From positions 167,318,111 to 167,352,049 of the forward strand of contig NC_068983.1 in NCBI RefSeq assembly GCF_001194135.2: DNA of 33,939 bases. The letters are read 5' to 3'. The notes beneath the pieces were generated by a model. It did no database searches and had not been told where the DNA came from. It saw nothing but the letters and a program-made list of their open reading frames with translations. This stretch comes from Octopus bimaculoides (Eukaryota). The position numbers and the translations under genes are program-made. Positions 33,716 to 33,939 of the stretch are shown one piece after another (position 1 is the first letter of the stretch; the number at the start of each line of letters is the position of its first letter).

Positions 33716-33939
33716 TAAAATGTGAGTAAGTGAAAGCACGAAAATATTCGTTTCAGTTCTTTATTTTCTGAGTTCAAATACTACTAAAGTCAACTTTACT
33801 TTACATTATTCTGGGTCCAATAAAATATGGAATCAGTCAAACGGATGGGGGAGGAGAAGGGACTAATTGAATCAACTACCTCCCACCCCACCCCACCCCA
33901 CTAATTGCATTTATGTTAGAAATAATTACCAAGAAAAAT

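Noticed and set aside
1-33939. CRISPR arrays, tRNA/rRNA genes, prokaryotic operons
   Set aside because: None seen. The tRNA-like sequences are decayed SINE heads and the sequence is eukaryotic.

Overview
AT-rich, microsatellite- and retroposon-dense eukaryotic genomic DNA with 7 assembly gaps. The repeat families look like octopus (inference, no search run). The only host-gene sequence I can support is the 3' end of a minus-strand parvin gene (CH2 domain): a 73-nt penultimate exon (8219-8291, VHNVQFAFELMQDAGLQKPSARVE), a last coding exon (2060-2148, DIVNCDLIATLRVLYDIFTKYKSVASTSS*) and a probable 3'UTR to about 1280. The rest is intronic or intergenic: RTE LINE fragments, a CR1-group LINE 3' end, many tRNA-derived SINEs, Penelope-like remnants and MITEs. 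The best leads are a near-intact minimal hammerhead ribozyme motif (893-935, minus), a long 3'UTR hairpin, unusual substitutions in the parvin C-terminal helix, and a candidate alternative first exon near 30.2 kb. I found no convincing evidence of a new multi-gene system. Repeat boundaries are approximate and set by eye.
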